Assembly (NCBI GenBank): GCA_964016885.1
Contig: OZ024741.1
Coordinates: forward strand, 329,530,001-329,594,000
DNA: 64,000 nt
Source of the DNA: Eledone cirrhosa
Lineage: Eukaryota
Reading direction: 5' to 3'
A model generated the notes under the pieces. That model searched no databases, had not been told where the DNA came from, and worked only from the letters and a program-made list of their open reading frames with translations. Positions 16,728-28,339 of the stretch are shown here, one piece after another (position 1 is the first letter of the stretch; every line of letters starts with the position of its first letter). Position numbers and translations under genes: made by a program.

Positions 16728-17108
16728 ATCATCATCATCATCATTTCATTTTACATCCGCTTTTTTCCCTGCTTGCAAGGGTGGGACGGGAACTGATTTG
16801 GCTTGATTTCTACAGCTGGATGCCCTTCCTAACACCAACCTCATTTACAGTGAGTGCTGGGTGCTTTTTTACCATGGCACCTCCACGACCACTTTGCAGT
16901 GGAATGATATGGCACCTCCACGACCCCTTTGCAGTGGAATGATATGGACCTCAGTTCCTATCATCTCATTTCTACAGCTGAGTAAACTGGAGCAATGTGA
17001 AATAAAGTGTCTTGCTCAAGGAAACAACACATCACCCGGTCTGAGAATTGAACTCACAACCTTTCGATTGCAAGGCAAATACTCTAACCACTAAGCCATG
17101 TGCCTCCA
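16728..17108 (-). mobile_element. tRNA-derived SINE with RTE-derived 3' end
   Basis: Head ggaggcacatggcttagtggttagag...gagttcaattctc (A and B boxes). The tail matches the RTE family C 3' UTR and the RTE family B terminus plus (GAT)n. Confidence 0.85.
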
Positions 17109-17125
17109 TATAATATATATATATT

Positions 17126-19808
17126 ATCATCATCATCATCATCATCATTTTACGTCCGCTTTTCCTGCTTGCAAGGGTGGGACGGGTCTTATTCAGCATC
17201 TCTCCACTCGTCACGGTCCCTCGTCATCTCCACCGTGAGCTTCAATGATCTGAGGTCTGTTCTCACCACCTCCGCCCATGTTTTTCCTGGTCTACCTCTA
17301 CCACGTCTTCCTTCAACTAGCATTTCCTGGCACTTCTTCACCCATCGGTCATCCTCCATGCGCATCACATGTCCAAACCACCTCAGTCTCCTCTCCCGTA
17401 CACTACATTCTATCCCTCTCAGACACAGTTTCTCTCTCAACACATTTATGCTGGGTCGTTCACGCACATTTACACTGCACATCCAACGTAGCATGCTTGC
17501 CTCATTTCTCTCCAGCCGTCGCATATCCTCTGCAGTTGCTGCCCATGTCTCACTACCATGCAGCATCGCGCTCCTCACACAGGCATCATACAACCGGCCT
17601 TTCGTACGCAGGGAGAAACCCTACTTCGTCAACAGAGGAAGCAGCTCCCTAAACTTCTTCCAACCCGTCCTTATTCTAGATACTATGGCCTCGGAACACC
17701 CTCCTCCCATGCTAATCTGATCTCCTAGGTACAGGAAGCTATCCACCACTTCTATAGCGCCCTCTTGCATTTGAAAAATGTGTCTATCAGTGCGACTACT
17801 ACTGTCTAATTTCCCTGTACATCTACTGCATACATATTTCTCCCTACCTGTTAGTTTGCCTGCTATCCCGCTACATCTCTTGTGTACCCAGGATCTGCAT
17901 TGTGTGCATTTATAGAATTTATGCCAGTTCCTTTTCTGCATATCGAACATGGCCATTTCCCTGACGGAATCAGGGTTTTGTCCTCTTTTCTACTCATCAA
18001 CACGTTTGTCTTAGCTAGATTCACTCTCAGTCCTCTTGCTTCCAACTGCTGTTTCCATAGCCAGAATTTATTCTCTAGCTCCTCTACTGATTCTGCTATA
18101 AGAACCAGATCGTCAGCATAGAGAAGTTCCCATGGACAGCCAGTCTTAAACTCCTCTGTTATGGCTTGGAGGACTATAATGAACAAGAGCGGGCTGAGGA
18201 CCGAGCCCTGATGTACTCCTACTTGTATCTGGAATTCCTCACTAAACTCCATTCCTACCCTGACTTTACTGAGAGTACCTCTGTACAAAGTTTGCACTGT
18301 CCTCACAAGCCATTCCTCAACACCTAGCTTCCTTTGGGACCACCAGATGACAGATCGGGGTACCCTATCAAAGGCCTTCTCTAGGTCAACAAAGGCTAAG
18401 TATAGTGGCTTATTCTTCTCTAAGAACCTCTCTTGCATTTGTCTCACCAAGAAGAGGGCATCTGTTGTACTCTTCCAGGCACAAAACCAAACTGCATCTC
18501 ATCTAGTTGACCCTTTCTCTAATTAGTTGTGCTAAAATCCTTTCTGCCACTTTCATAACCTGATCTATCAGTTTTATACCCCTATAATTGCTCCTCTCCA
18601 AAGCATCCCTTTACCTTTGTAGCAATTTATGAGAATACTGCTGCACCAGTCTTTGGGTATGACACCACCATATATAGCCTGATTGATGATGCGTGCAACC
18701 AATTTAGTGCCTACGTCGCCTGATGCCTTCAGCATCTCAGCAACTATTCCCGATGGTCCAGCAGCCATACAATTTTTCATTTCCCTAATCGCCTCTTGGA
18801 CCCTATATTCGTCAATCTCAATAGCTGGTCCCTCTGTCGGATCTACCAAGGGTAATTTCTCTCTCTCCCATTCGTTCTCCACATTCATCAGTCTCTCATA
18901 ATGACATTTCCAGGCTTCCTTTTTCTGATCATTCGTGACACTAAGTACACCGGCATCATTCCGGACACATTTATCGCCAACAACATCCTGATTTGCATTG
19001 ACACACTGCCTTGCAATGTGGAACACCGCACGCCTCTGATCTTCCTGTCGCAGAACATTGGGATAACCTCCTACTCTCTGCCTCCCTGCGTGCTAAGTAC
19101 ACCTGACGTCTAGCTTCTCTCTTAGTGGCTGTATATTCTTCCCTACTCCCACCCTTTTTCCAAGCCTTCCATGCTAGTCTTTTGTCTCTAATAGCCTTAT
19201 CTACTGTGCTGTTCCACCACCAGGTCACTCTCTGTCTGGTTGGAGCTCTGCTCCAGCCACAGGTTTCATCAGTAGCCTGCAGCAAGTTGTCATGTAAGAA
19301 ATTCCAGTTATTAACTATGTCATACGTCTCTAAATCATCTTCTTTTTCGTCATATACATCTTGAAGGGCTTTCCTAAATTTGTATTTTAGTGAAAGGTCT
19401 TTTAGCTTCCAGACCTTTTTTCTCCACACCTTCCTATATGTCTCATTCCATCTCTTGCTTACTGAGATATCACTAACAACTAACCTATGCTGTGGGGTAC
19501 ATTCTTCCCCAGGGTATGCCTTGGTATTAGATACTATCTGCCTGTCCCGCTGCCTAACTAGCAAGAAGTCAATCTGGCTTATGTGCTCACCAGATTTGTA
19601 GGTTATTAGGTGATTGGCAGGTTTCTGGAAGTTTGTGTTGCAAATAGTCAATGTACTCGTATCACAAAATTCAAGAAGTCTCACTCCTTCTTCATTTCTT
19701 GAACCGTAACCGTGCCCACCATGTACCCCAGTGTAACCATCCTGGAGCTGTCCAACATGACCATTGAAGTCTCCTGCTAGCATAACGATGTCTCCGTCCT
19801 CTGTCATT
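17126..19808 (-). mobile_element. RTE LINE family B, 5'-truncated (partial APE endonuclease, RT, PHD)
   Basis: ORF pieces 18971-19822 (AGDFNGHVG, SQIDFLLV, QHRLV), 18574-19026, 17863-18450 (YADD) and 17189-17593; (ATC)n tail. Confidence 0.95.
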
Positions 19809-19855
19809 ATATATATATACAATGCTCTAACTACTAAGCCATGTGCCTCCTATAT

Positions 19856-19895
<40 letters not shown>

Positions 19896-19948
19896 TATTA
19901 TATTATATATATATATTATATATATATATATTATATATATATATAAAT

Positions 19949-22027
19949 ATGGCATACTTGCCATCACTGACGCTGATAAGAAGGTAGCTTGGAAGTGTCA
20001 CTACGAAAGGCTACTAAATGAGGAGAATAAATGGGAGAAAGACAGTATCCCCCACATCGACCCAATAGAGGGACCAGCAGTGTTAGTCGAAGGTAGTATA
20101 ATAAGTAAGGCAATCAAAGATATGAAGACGGGTAAGGCGGCTGGGCCTTCGGAAATAGTTGCTGAGATGCTGAAAGCCTCTGGAACGGTGGGACACACCA
20201 TGGTCATCCGGATAGTAAACCAAGTCATACAGAATGGGGTTGTTCCGAAGGACTGGCGTAGCAGCATCATCGTTAACTGTTACAGGGGTAAAGGAGACGC
20301 CCTAGATAGGAGTAACTATAGAGGCATTAAATTAATCGACCAGGTCATGAAGGTCACGGAAAAAGTTATAGCGCAAACTAATCAGAGAGAGAATTGATCT
20401 AGATGAAATGCAGTTCGGGTTTGTGTCAGGCAAAAGTACCACAGACGCTCTTTTCATTGTACGACAACTACAGGAGAAGTACCTAGCTAAAAGTAAACCC
20501 CTATACTTAGCTCTTGTTGACTTGGAGAAAGCCTTCGACAGAGACCCCCATTCCATTATCTGGTGGGCTCTTAGAAAACTAGGTGTTGATGAATGGCTTG
20601 TGAGAGCTATACAAGCCATGTATAAAGAAACAGTCAGCAAGGTTAGAATTAACAACGAATATAGTGAAGAATTTAGCGTAAAGTTGGTGTTCATCAGGAT
20701 CTGTTCTTAGTCCCCTACGATTTATTATTGCCCTTCAGGCTATAACAGTGGAGTTCAAGACCGGCTGCCCATGGGAACTCCTATATGCAGATGATCTAAC
20801 GCTCATAGCTGAATCAATGGCCGAGCTAGAGAAGAAATTCCAAACATGGAAGCACGGCCTAGAATCAAAAGGCCTTAAAATTAACCTGGCTAAGACTAAA
20901 GTTCTAGTTTGTAAGAAAGAAAATAAGGCGGCGGTCCCCTCGGGAAGTGGCCATGCTCAGTGTGTAGGAAAGGCGTAGGTAGAAACTCCATTTTATGTCC
21001 AAATGCAAAGTACGGGTGCATAAAAGATGTAGTGGGATCACAGGTAAGCTAACTAAGAACATAGATTTTACATGTGGCCGGTGCTCTGGTGCAATAAGTA
21101 GCAGCAAGTGCCCACAAAATACTAGCTCTTTCAATTGCGCAGAGGGTTCTATAGAAATAGTGGACAGCTTCCGTTACCATGGGTGACAAAATCAGCAGTG
21201 GGGGAGGGTGCTCTGAAAGTACAGTAGCTAGAGTCAGAACTGGATGGAAAAAGTTCAGAGAGCTTATACCACTATTAGCCGCTAAAGTGTTCTCCCGAAA
21301 AATGAAAGGCAGGCTGTATGATGCCTGCATACGAACAGCAATGTTACATGGCAGTGAGACCTGGGCATTGTGTGCAGAGGATATACGCAGACTAGAGAGG
21401 AACGAAGCTTGCATTCTCCGCTGGATGTGTAATAGTAATATACGCGAACGGCAAAGCATAAACGAACTAAGGGAAAAATTAGAAATAAGAGGGATCAGAT
21501 GTTGTCTACTCGAGAGAAGGCTACGTTGGTATGGTCACCTAATGCGCATGAAAAACGACAGCTGTATAAAAAGTGCAGGGCAATAAAGATAGACGGTAGC
21601 CACGAGTAGGCAGACCCAGAAAAATAGAGAAGACACGCCTTACCTAATACAAAGTAAAACCTACTACAGTGAGTAGATATCTCTAACAAAATACACCCCC
21701 GTCCCACCACCCCCACCCCATCCACACCGCCCCTTTCAATGTAAAGTTATGTTGGTGCCACAACATCCAGGCCGAAACAAATGAGATCGTGTAGGTGTCA
21801 CGACAAAAAAACACACAGTCCACGCTGTAATGTGGCCGTGTAGGCAACACGGTAAAAACGTCCAGTCCCACACTGTAAATGTGGTTGGTGTTAGGAAGGG
21901 CATCAGCTGTAGAAAACCCGCCAGACAGTCCTATGCGATCAAGACAACCACTCTTGCCTCAAGTGGAAAAGCTCCGTCCAGACCCATGCAAACGTGGGAA
22001 AATGGACGTTAAACGATGATGATGATA
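19949..22027 (+). mobile_element. RTE LINE family A, 5'-truncated, multiple frameshifts
   Basis: RT motifs spread over ORFs 19843-21586; family A 3' UTR and (GAT)n. Confidence 0.94.
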
Positions 22028-22364
22028 TATATATATATAATATATATATAATATTATATATATATAATATATATATAATGTATATATATATATATATATA
22101 ATGTATATATATATATAACATATAATATATATATATAATATATAATATATATATATAATATATAAATATATAATATATATATAATAATGTATATATATAT
22201 ATAATGTATATATATAATATATAATATATATATATATAATATATAATAGATATATATATAATATATAATATATATAACATATAATATATAATATATATAT
22301 ATATAATATATAATAGATATATATATAATATATAATATATATATATAATATATAATATATATAT

Positions 22365-22551
22365 AATTGTTTCTACGTTAGGCACAAGGCCAGCAATTAC
22401 CCAGTGCATTACTGGTACTTTATTCTATCGACCCCATAAGGATGAAAGGCAAAGTCAACCTCGGCCGGATTTGAACTCAGATCGTAAAGAGACGTAACTA
22501 TGCTGGAAAGCATGGCGTCCGGTCCTCTGTTGATACTGCCAATCCACCGCA
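22365..22551 (-). mobile_element. tRNA-derived SINE (Meta-like domain), full length
   Basis: Minus strand: gcggtggattggcagtatc...ctgagttcaaatcc...gcctttcatcctta.ggggtcgata...ccttgtgcctaa.gtagaaacaattat. Confidence 0.88.
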
Positions 22552-22605
22552 TAATATATATATATATATAATATATAATAGATATATATATAATAATATA
22601 TATAT

Positions 22606-22675
<70 letters not shown>

Positions 22676-23050
22676 ATATATAATATATATATATATAATA
22701 TAATATATATATATATAATATATATATATATAATATATATATAATATATAATATATATATAATATATAATATATAATATATATATATAATATATTATATA
22801 ATATATATATAATATATAATATATATATATAATATATATATATATATATAATATATATATATAATATATAATATATATATATATATAATATATATATATA
22901 ATATATAATATATATATATATAATATATATCTATATAATATATAATATATATATATAATATATAATATATAATATATATATATAATATATATATATATAA
23001 TATATATATATATAATATATATATATATATAATATATATATATATAATAT

Positions 23051-23115
<65 letters not shown>

Positions 23116-23127
23116 TATATAATATAT

Positions 23128-23441
23128 AATTGTTTCTACTTTAGGCACAAGGCCAGCAATTATCCAGTGCATTACTGGTACTTTATTTTATCGACCCCGT
23201 AAGGATGAAAGGCAAAGTCAACCTCGGCGGGATTTGAACTCAGATCGTAAAGGGACGTAACTATGCTGGAATAGTATATATAATATATAATATATAATAT
23301 ATAATATATATATATAATATATATTATATATTATATATTATATATTATATATACTATTCCAGCATAGTTACGTCCCTTTACGATCTGAGTTCAAATCCGC
23401 CGAGGTTGACTTTGCCTTTCATCCTTACGGGGTCGATAAAA
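23128..23441. mobile_element. Truncated Meta-like SINE (23128-23275, minus) plus inverted partial copy (23352-23441, plus) forming a fold-back
   Basis: 23352-23441 is the reverse complement of ~23186-23275; the intervening TA tract is roughly mirror-symmetric. Confidence 0.88.
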
Positions 23442-23781
23442 TATATATATAATATATAATATATATAATATATATATATAATATATATATAATATATAAT
23501 ATATATATAATATATATATAATATATAATATATATATATATATATAATATATATATATATCTAATATATAATTATATATATATATAATATATTATATGTA
23601 TATATAATATATAATATATATATAATATATATATATAATATATAATATATAATATATATATATATATATAATATATATATATATAATATATATAATATAT
23701 AATATATATATAATATATATATATATCTAATATATAATATATATATATATAATATATAATATATATAATATATAATATATA

Positions 23782-26700
23782 TTTTTCTGGGTGGGAAATG
23801 ACGACGGGATGGGTGGTGTAGGTATACTACTAGCTGACAAGTGGGTAGATAAAGTAATCTCAGTGTACAGGGTAAATGCAAGAATCATTAAACTCAGACT
23901 AGTCCTGAATAAAACAATTACCACAATAATATCAGCTTACGCACCCCAATCGGGGCTGCCAGACGAACTTAAGGATAGGTTTTACGAGTCCCTAATGCAC
24001 ACTACTGCTCTAACACACGACAATGACTTCCTAATCATCGCAGGAGATTTTAACGGACACGTATGTAAACACTGCGACGACTTCAATAGAGTACATGGAG
24101 GCCATGGGGTTGGCACAAGGAATGAGGAAGGATTCAGACTTCTAGAATTCTGCGACGCCAATGACATGTCGATATGTAACACAAACTTTAAAAAACCCGA
24201 CAACCACCTGTTCACATATAGATCAGGGAGCACTCCAGCCAGATAGATTTTATCCTCATCAGAGGGCGTGACAGATGGACGGTTGTAAACACAAAAGCGT
24301 TCCCTAGTGAGGAATGTACATCTCAACATAGCTTAGTTGTCAGCAACCTCACGTTCAGAACTACACGAACCTGGAAACAGAGGCCAACCTGGAGAAGAAA
24401 GATCTGGAAGCTGAAAGTCCCCTCAACCAGTAACAGATTTAAAGATATTTTACTCAACGCCTACGACAGTAAAGAAGAACAGATAGAGACATTCAATGTA
24501 GAAGAAAATTGGGAGTTCCTAAAAAATAATTTACTAGAGGCGACGGATGATGTCTGTGGCTGGAGTAAGACCTGAAGCAGGAGGAGAGTGACTTGGTGGT
24601 GGAACAATAAGGTAGATGAAGCAGTTAAGGCCAAGAGACAGGCATGGAAAGAATGGAAGAACGGGGGGGAGCAGGGTACATTACATAGAGACCAAGAGGG
24701 AAGCTAGGCGACAAGTATACTTAGCTAGGAGGGAAGCAGAGGATAGAAAATTCAAGCATGTTTTGCAACGTGAGGACCAGAAACAGGAGGTGTTCAAGAT
24801 TGCGAGGCAGTGTGTCAGAAATAGTTGTGATGTCATTGGAGAGAAGTGTATCCGGAATGATAAAGGTGAGCTTGCCCTCACAAGTGCTGAGAAGAAAGAT
24901 GCATGGAAGAGTCATTATGATAGATTACTAAATGAGGAGAATGCATGGGAAGAAGAGACCCTACCCCAAGTAGACCCTATAGAGGGGCCAGCAGTACAAG
25001 TCAGCAGCAACGTAGTAAGTAAGGCAATCAAAGATATGAAGATGGGGAAGGCAACCGGTCCATCGGGTATAGCTGCCGAGATGCTGAAGGCATCTGGGTC
25101 TGTAGGTCACACTATAACCACACGTATTGTTAACCAGGTAATACTAGAAGGTGTCATACCAAAAGATTGGTGCAGTAGCATCATTGTCAACTGCTACAAA
25201 GGTAAAGGCGATGCACTAGATAGAGGAAACTATAGAGGTATAAAGTTGATGGACCAGGTCATGAAAGAAACAGAAAGAGTTATAGCACAGTTGATTAGGG
25301 ACCGGGTGAAAATAGACGAGATGCAATTTGGGTTTGTACCAGGAGGAGGCACCACTGATGCCCTCTTCCTTGTCAGGCAGTTACAGGAAAAGTACCTAGC
25401 TAAAAGTAAGCCACTCTACTTGGCATTTGTCGACCTTGAGAAAGCTTTTGACAGAGTTCCACGTGCTGCAATCTGGTGGGCTCTTAGAAAACTAGGAGTA
25501 GATGAATGGCTTGTGAAAGCGGTACAAGCCATGTATAGGGGAGCAGTCAGCAAAGTTAGGATTAGCAATGTGTATAGCGAGGAATTTAGCGTACAGGTTG
25601 GGGTCCACCAGGGCTCTGTTCTTAGCCCCCTCCTGTTCATCATAGTTCTGCAGGCAATAACGGAGGAGTTTAAGACCGGATGCCCATGGGAACTCCTGTA
25701 TACTGATGACCTCGCACTCATAGCTGAATCTATGGTAGAACTAGAGAATAAATTCCAAACTTGGAAGCAGGGACTAGAAAGAAAGGGTCTCAAAGTCAAC
25801 ATGACAAAGACTAAGGTCCTTGTATGTAGACGAGAAAACAGAAGCCAGATCCTCTCAGGGAAATGGCCTTGCTCAGTATGTAGGAAAGGTGTAGGTAGGA
25901 ACTCTATTCTCTGCCTCAAATGCAAACAATGGGTACACAAGAGATGTAGCGGGATCTCAGGAAGCTTAATTAAGAATGTAGGCTTCACATGCAGCAGCTG
26001 TGCTGGGACAGCAAGCAGCAAACAGCCACAGGAAACAAGTACCACCAATCTCTGGGAGGGCTCTGTAGAAACAGTAGACAGCTTCTGCTACCTAGGTGAC
26101 CGAATTAGCAGCGGAGGTGGGTGTTCAGAAAGTACAATAACTAGGGTAAGAACGGGATGGAAGAAGTTTAGGGAACTACTACCACTGCTAGCTGCAAAAG
26201 GCTTCTCCCTCAGAATGAAAGGCAGACTGTATGATGCGTGTACCCAAACAGCAATGTTGCATGGTAGTGAGACCTGGGCGCTGAAGGTGGAAGACTTACG
26301 TAGATTAGAGAGAAACGAAGCCTGCATGCTCCGATGGATGTGTAACAGTAATATACGTGAACGACAAAGCATAAATGAATTGAGAGAGAGACTGAGCATA
26401 AGTGGAATCAAATGCTGTGTGCAGGAGAGGCAGTTACGCTGGTATGGACATGTGATGCGTATGAAGGATGACAGCTGCATAAAAAGATGCAGAGCACTAG
26501 AACTAGAAGTTGATGGAAACCGCGGAGTGGGGAGACCCAAGATGACCTGGGATGAGGTGATAAAAGCCGACCTTACCCAATTACACCTCTCAAAGGCGAT
26601 GACACACGACCATGACCACTGGCGTCACGCAGTAATACAGAGTACCCGACCTCCCATGGGTACAAGCTGAAGCATATAGACAATATCGCCCCACACACCC

Positions 26701-26962
26701 CACCGCAAGGTGGTCGTGGAGATGCCACGGCAAAAAAGCACCCAGCCCACACTGTAAAGTGGTCGTGTAGGCACGATGAAAAAGCACCCAGCACTCACTG
26801 TAAATGAGGTTGGTGTTAGGAAGGGCATCCAGCTGTAGAAATCAAGCCAAATCAGTTCCTGTATGAGCAAGGCATGGTCAGCCGACCAGACACTGCCCAC
26901 AACAGGACAACCCGTCTAACCCATGCTAGCGTGGAAGAACGGACGTAAAACGGTGATGATGA
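23782..26962 (+). mobile_element. RTE LINE family C, near full length (APE, RT, PHD), disrupted
   Basis: APE ORF 23791-24246 (SAYAPQ, AGDFNGH), 684-aa open frame 24616-26670, distinct 3' UTR, short GAT tail. Confidence 0.95.
24616..26670 (+). pseudogene. RTE ORF portion: reverse transcriptase with embedded PHD finger and C-terminal domain
   Basis: NYRGIKL, QFGF, FVDLEKAFDRV, GVHQGSVLSPLLF, YTDD (YADD in sister copies), C4HC3 motif, FCYLG. Detached from the APE by a frameshift and stop. Confidence 0.9.
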
Positions 26963-27204
26963 ATATATATATAATATATATATATAATATATATATATAA
27001 TATATAATATATAATATATATATATATATAATATATATATATTTATTAAAATAACAGATTAAAGTTTAAGCAAAGAATCGCTGCTTTCACCCTTAACGGG
27101 ATCTTCTGAAACTAACAAAGTCAATCTGTAAACGCAGAACTGGATATTTCAAAAAACATTGCAACCGGAGGAAGAATATATATATATATATAATATATTA
27201 TATA

Positions 27205-27250
<46 letters not shown>

Positions 27251-27296
27251 ATATATATATATAATATATATATATAATATATAATATATATATATA

Positions 27297-27346
27297 TAAC
27301 TTTGAATAACTTTGAAATGTTTCGGCCAGTATTGGCCCAGGCCATA
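27297..27346 (-). mobile_element. CR1-like LINE extreme 3' end (50 bp)
   Basis: Matches 15088-15137. Confidence 0.8.
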
Positions 27347-27379
27347 TATATATATATATAATATATAATATATATATAT

Positions 27380-28277
27380 ATCATCATCATCATCATCGTT
27401 TAACGTCCATCTTCCACGCTTGCATGGGTGTGGACGGGAGGTTTCCCACTTGAGGCAAGATTTGTTGTCCTGCTCGTATAGAACTGTCTGGCGGGTTTTC
27501 TACGGCTGGATGCCCTTCCTAACACCAACCACGTTTACAGTGTAGACTGGGAGGTTTTTATTGTGTTACCTACACTGCCACTTTACAGCGTGGACTGTGT
27601 CTTTTTGTCGTGACACCTACACAACCTCATTTGTTTCGGGCTGGACGTTGTGGTACCAACATAACTTCACATTTAGGGGGGAGGGGGGTTGATGGAGGGG
27701 GGGGGGGGGGGGGTATTTTGTTAGAGGTGCCTGCTGACCGTAGGTTTCGCTTTCTTCTACTTAGCCAAGGAAGGTCTTCTGTATGACTGTGTAGCGCCAA
27801 AGATCTCGATCCAGTGACATTGTCTTGGGGAGGTGTAAGTGTGTGAGGTCGGAATTTATCAAGTCGTCCCAGGTTTTTCTGGGTCTGCCTACTCTGTGGC
27901 TACCGTCTATTTTTATCACCCTGCACTTTTTTATACAGCTGTCGTCTTTCATGCGCATCACGTGACCATACCAACGTAGTCCTCTCTCGAGTAAACAACA
28001 TTTGATCCCTCTTATTTCTAATTTCTCCCTTAGTTCGTTAATGCTTGCCGTTCACGTATATTACTATTACACATCCAGCGGAGCATGCAAGCTTCGTTCC
28101 TCTCCAGTCTGCGTATATCCTCTGCACTCAATGCCCAGGTTTCACTGCCATGTAACATTGCTGTTCGTATGCCGGCACTGTACTTTCAGAGCACCCTCCC
28201 CCACTGCTGATTTTGTCACCCAGGTAACGGAAGGTGTCCACTATATCTATAGTACCATCTGTGCAATGGAATGAGAT
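27380..28277 (-). mobile_element. RTE family A, 5'-truncated with internal deletion
   Basis: Reverse complement of the family A C-terminus and UTR; deletion junction near 28177. Confidence 0.92.
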
Positions 28278-28278
28278 A

Positions 28279-28338
<60 letters not shown>

Positions 28339-28339
<1 letters not shown>

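Noticed and set aside
16990-17108. tRNA gene candidates (A and B boxes) here and at other SINE heads
   Set aside because: They form no full cloverleaf and continue into SINE bodies present in multiple copies.
25416-26540. Antisense ORFs over RTE elements (also 13970-14527, 17100-17720, 30431-31246)
   Set aside because: These are shadow frames of the RT ORF with no recognisable motifs.
27080-27112. Hammerhead-like CAGAAGA-tccc(gttaa)gggt-GAAAG on the minus strand
   Set aside because: The core is altered and no convincing stem III, cleavage triplet or stem I can be formed.
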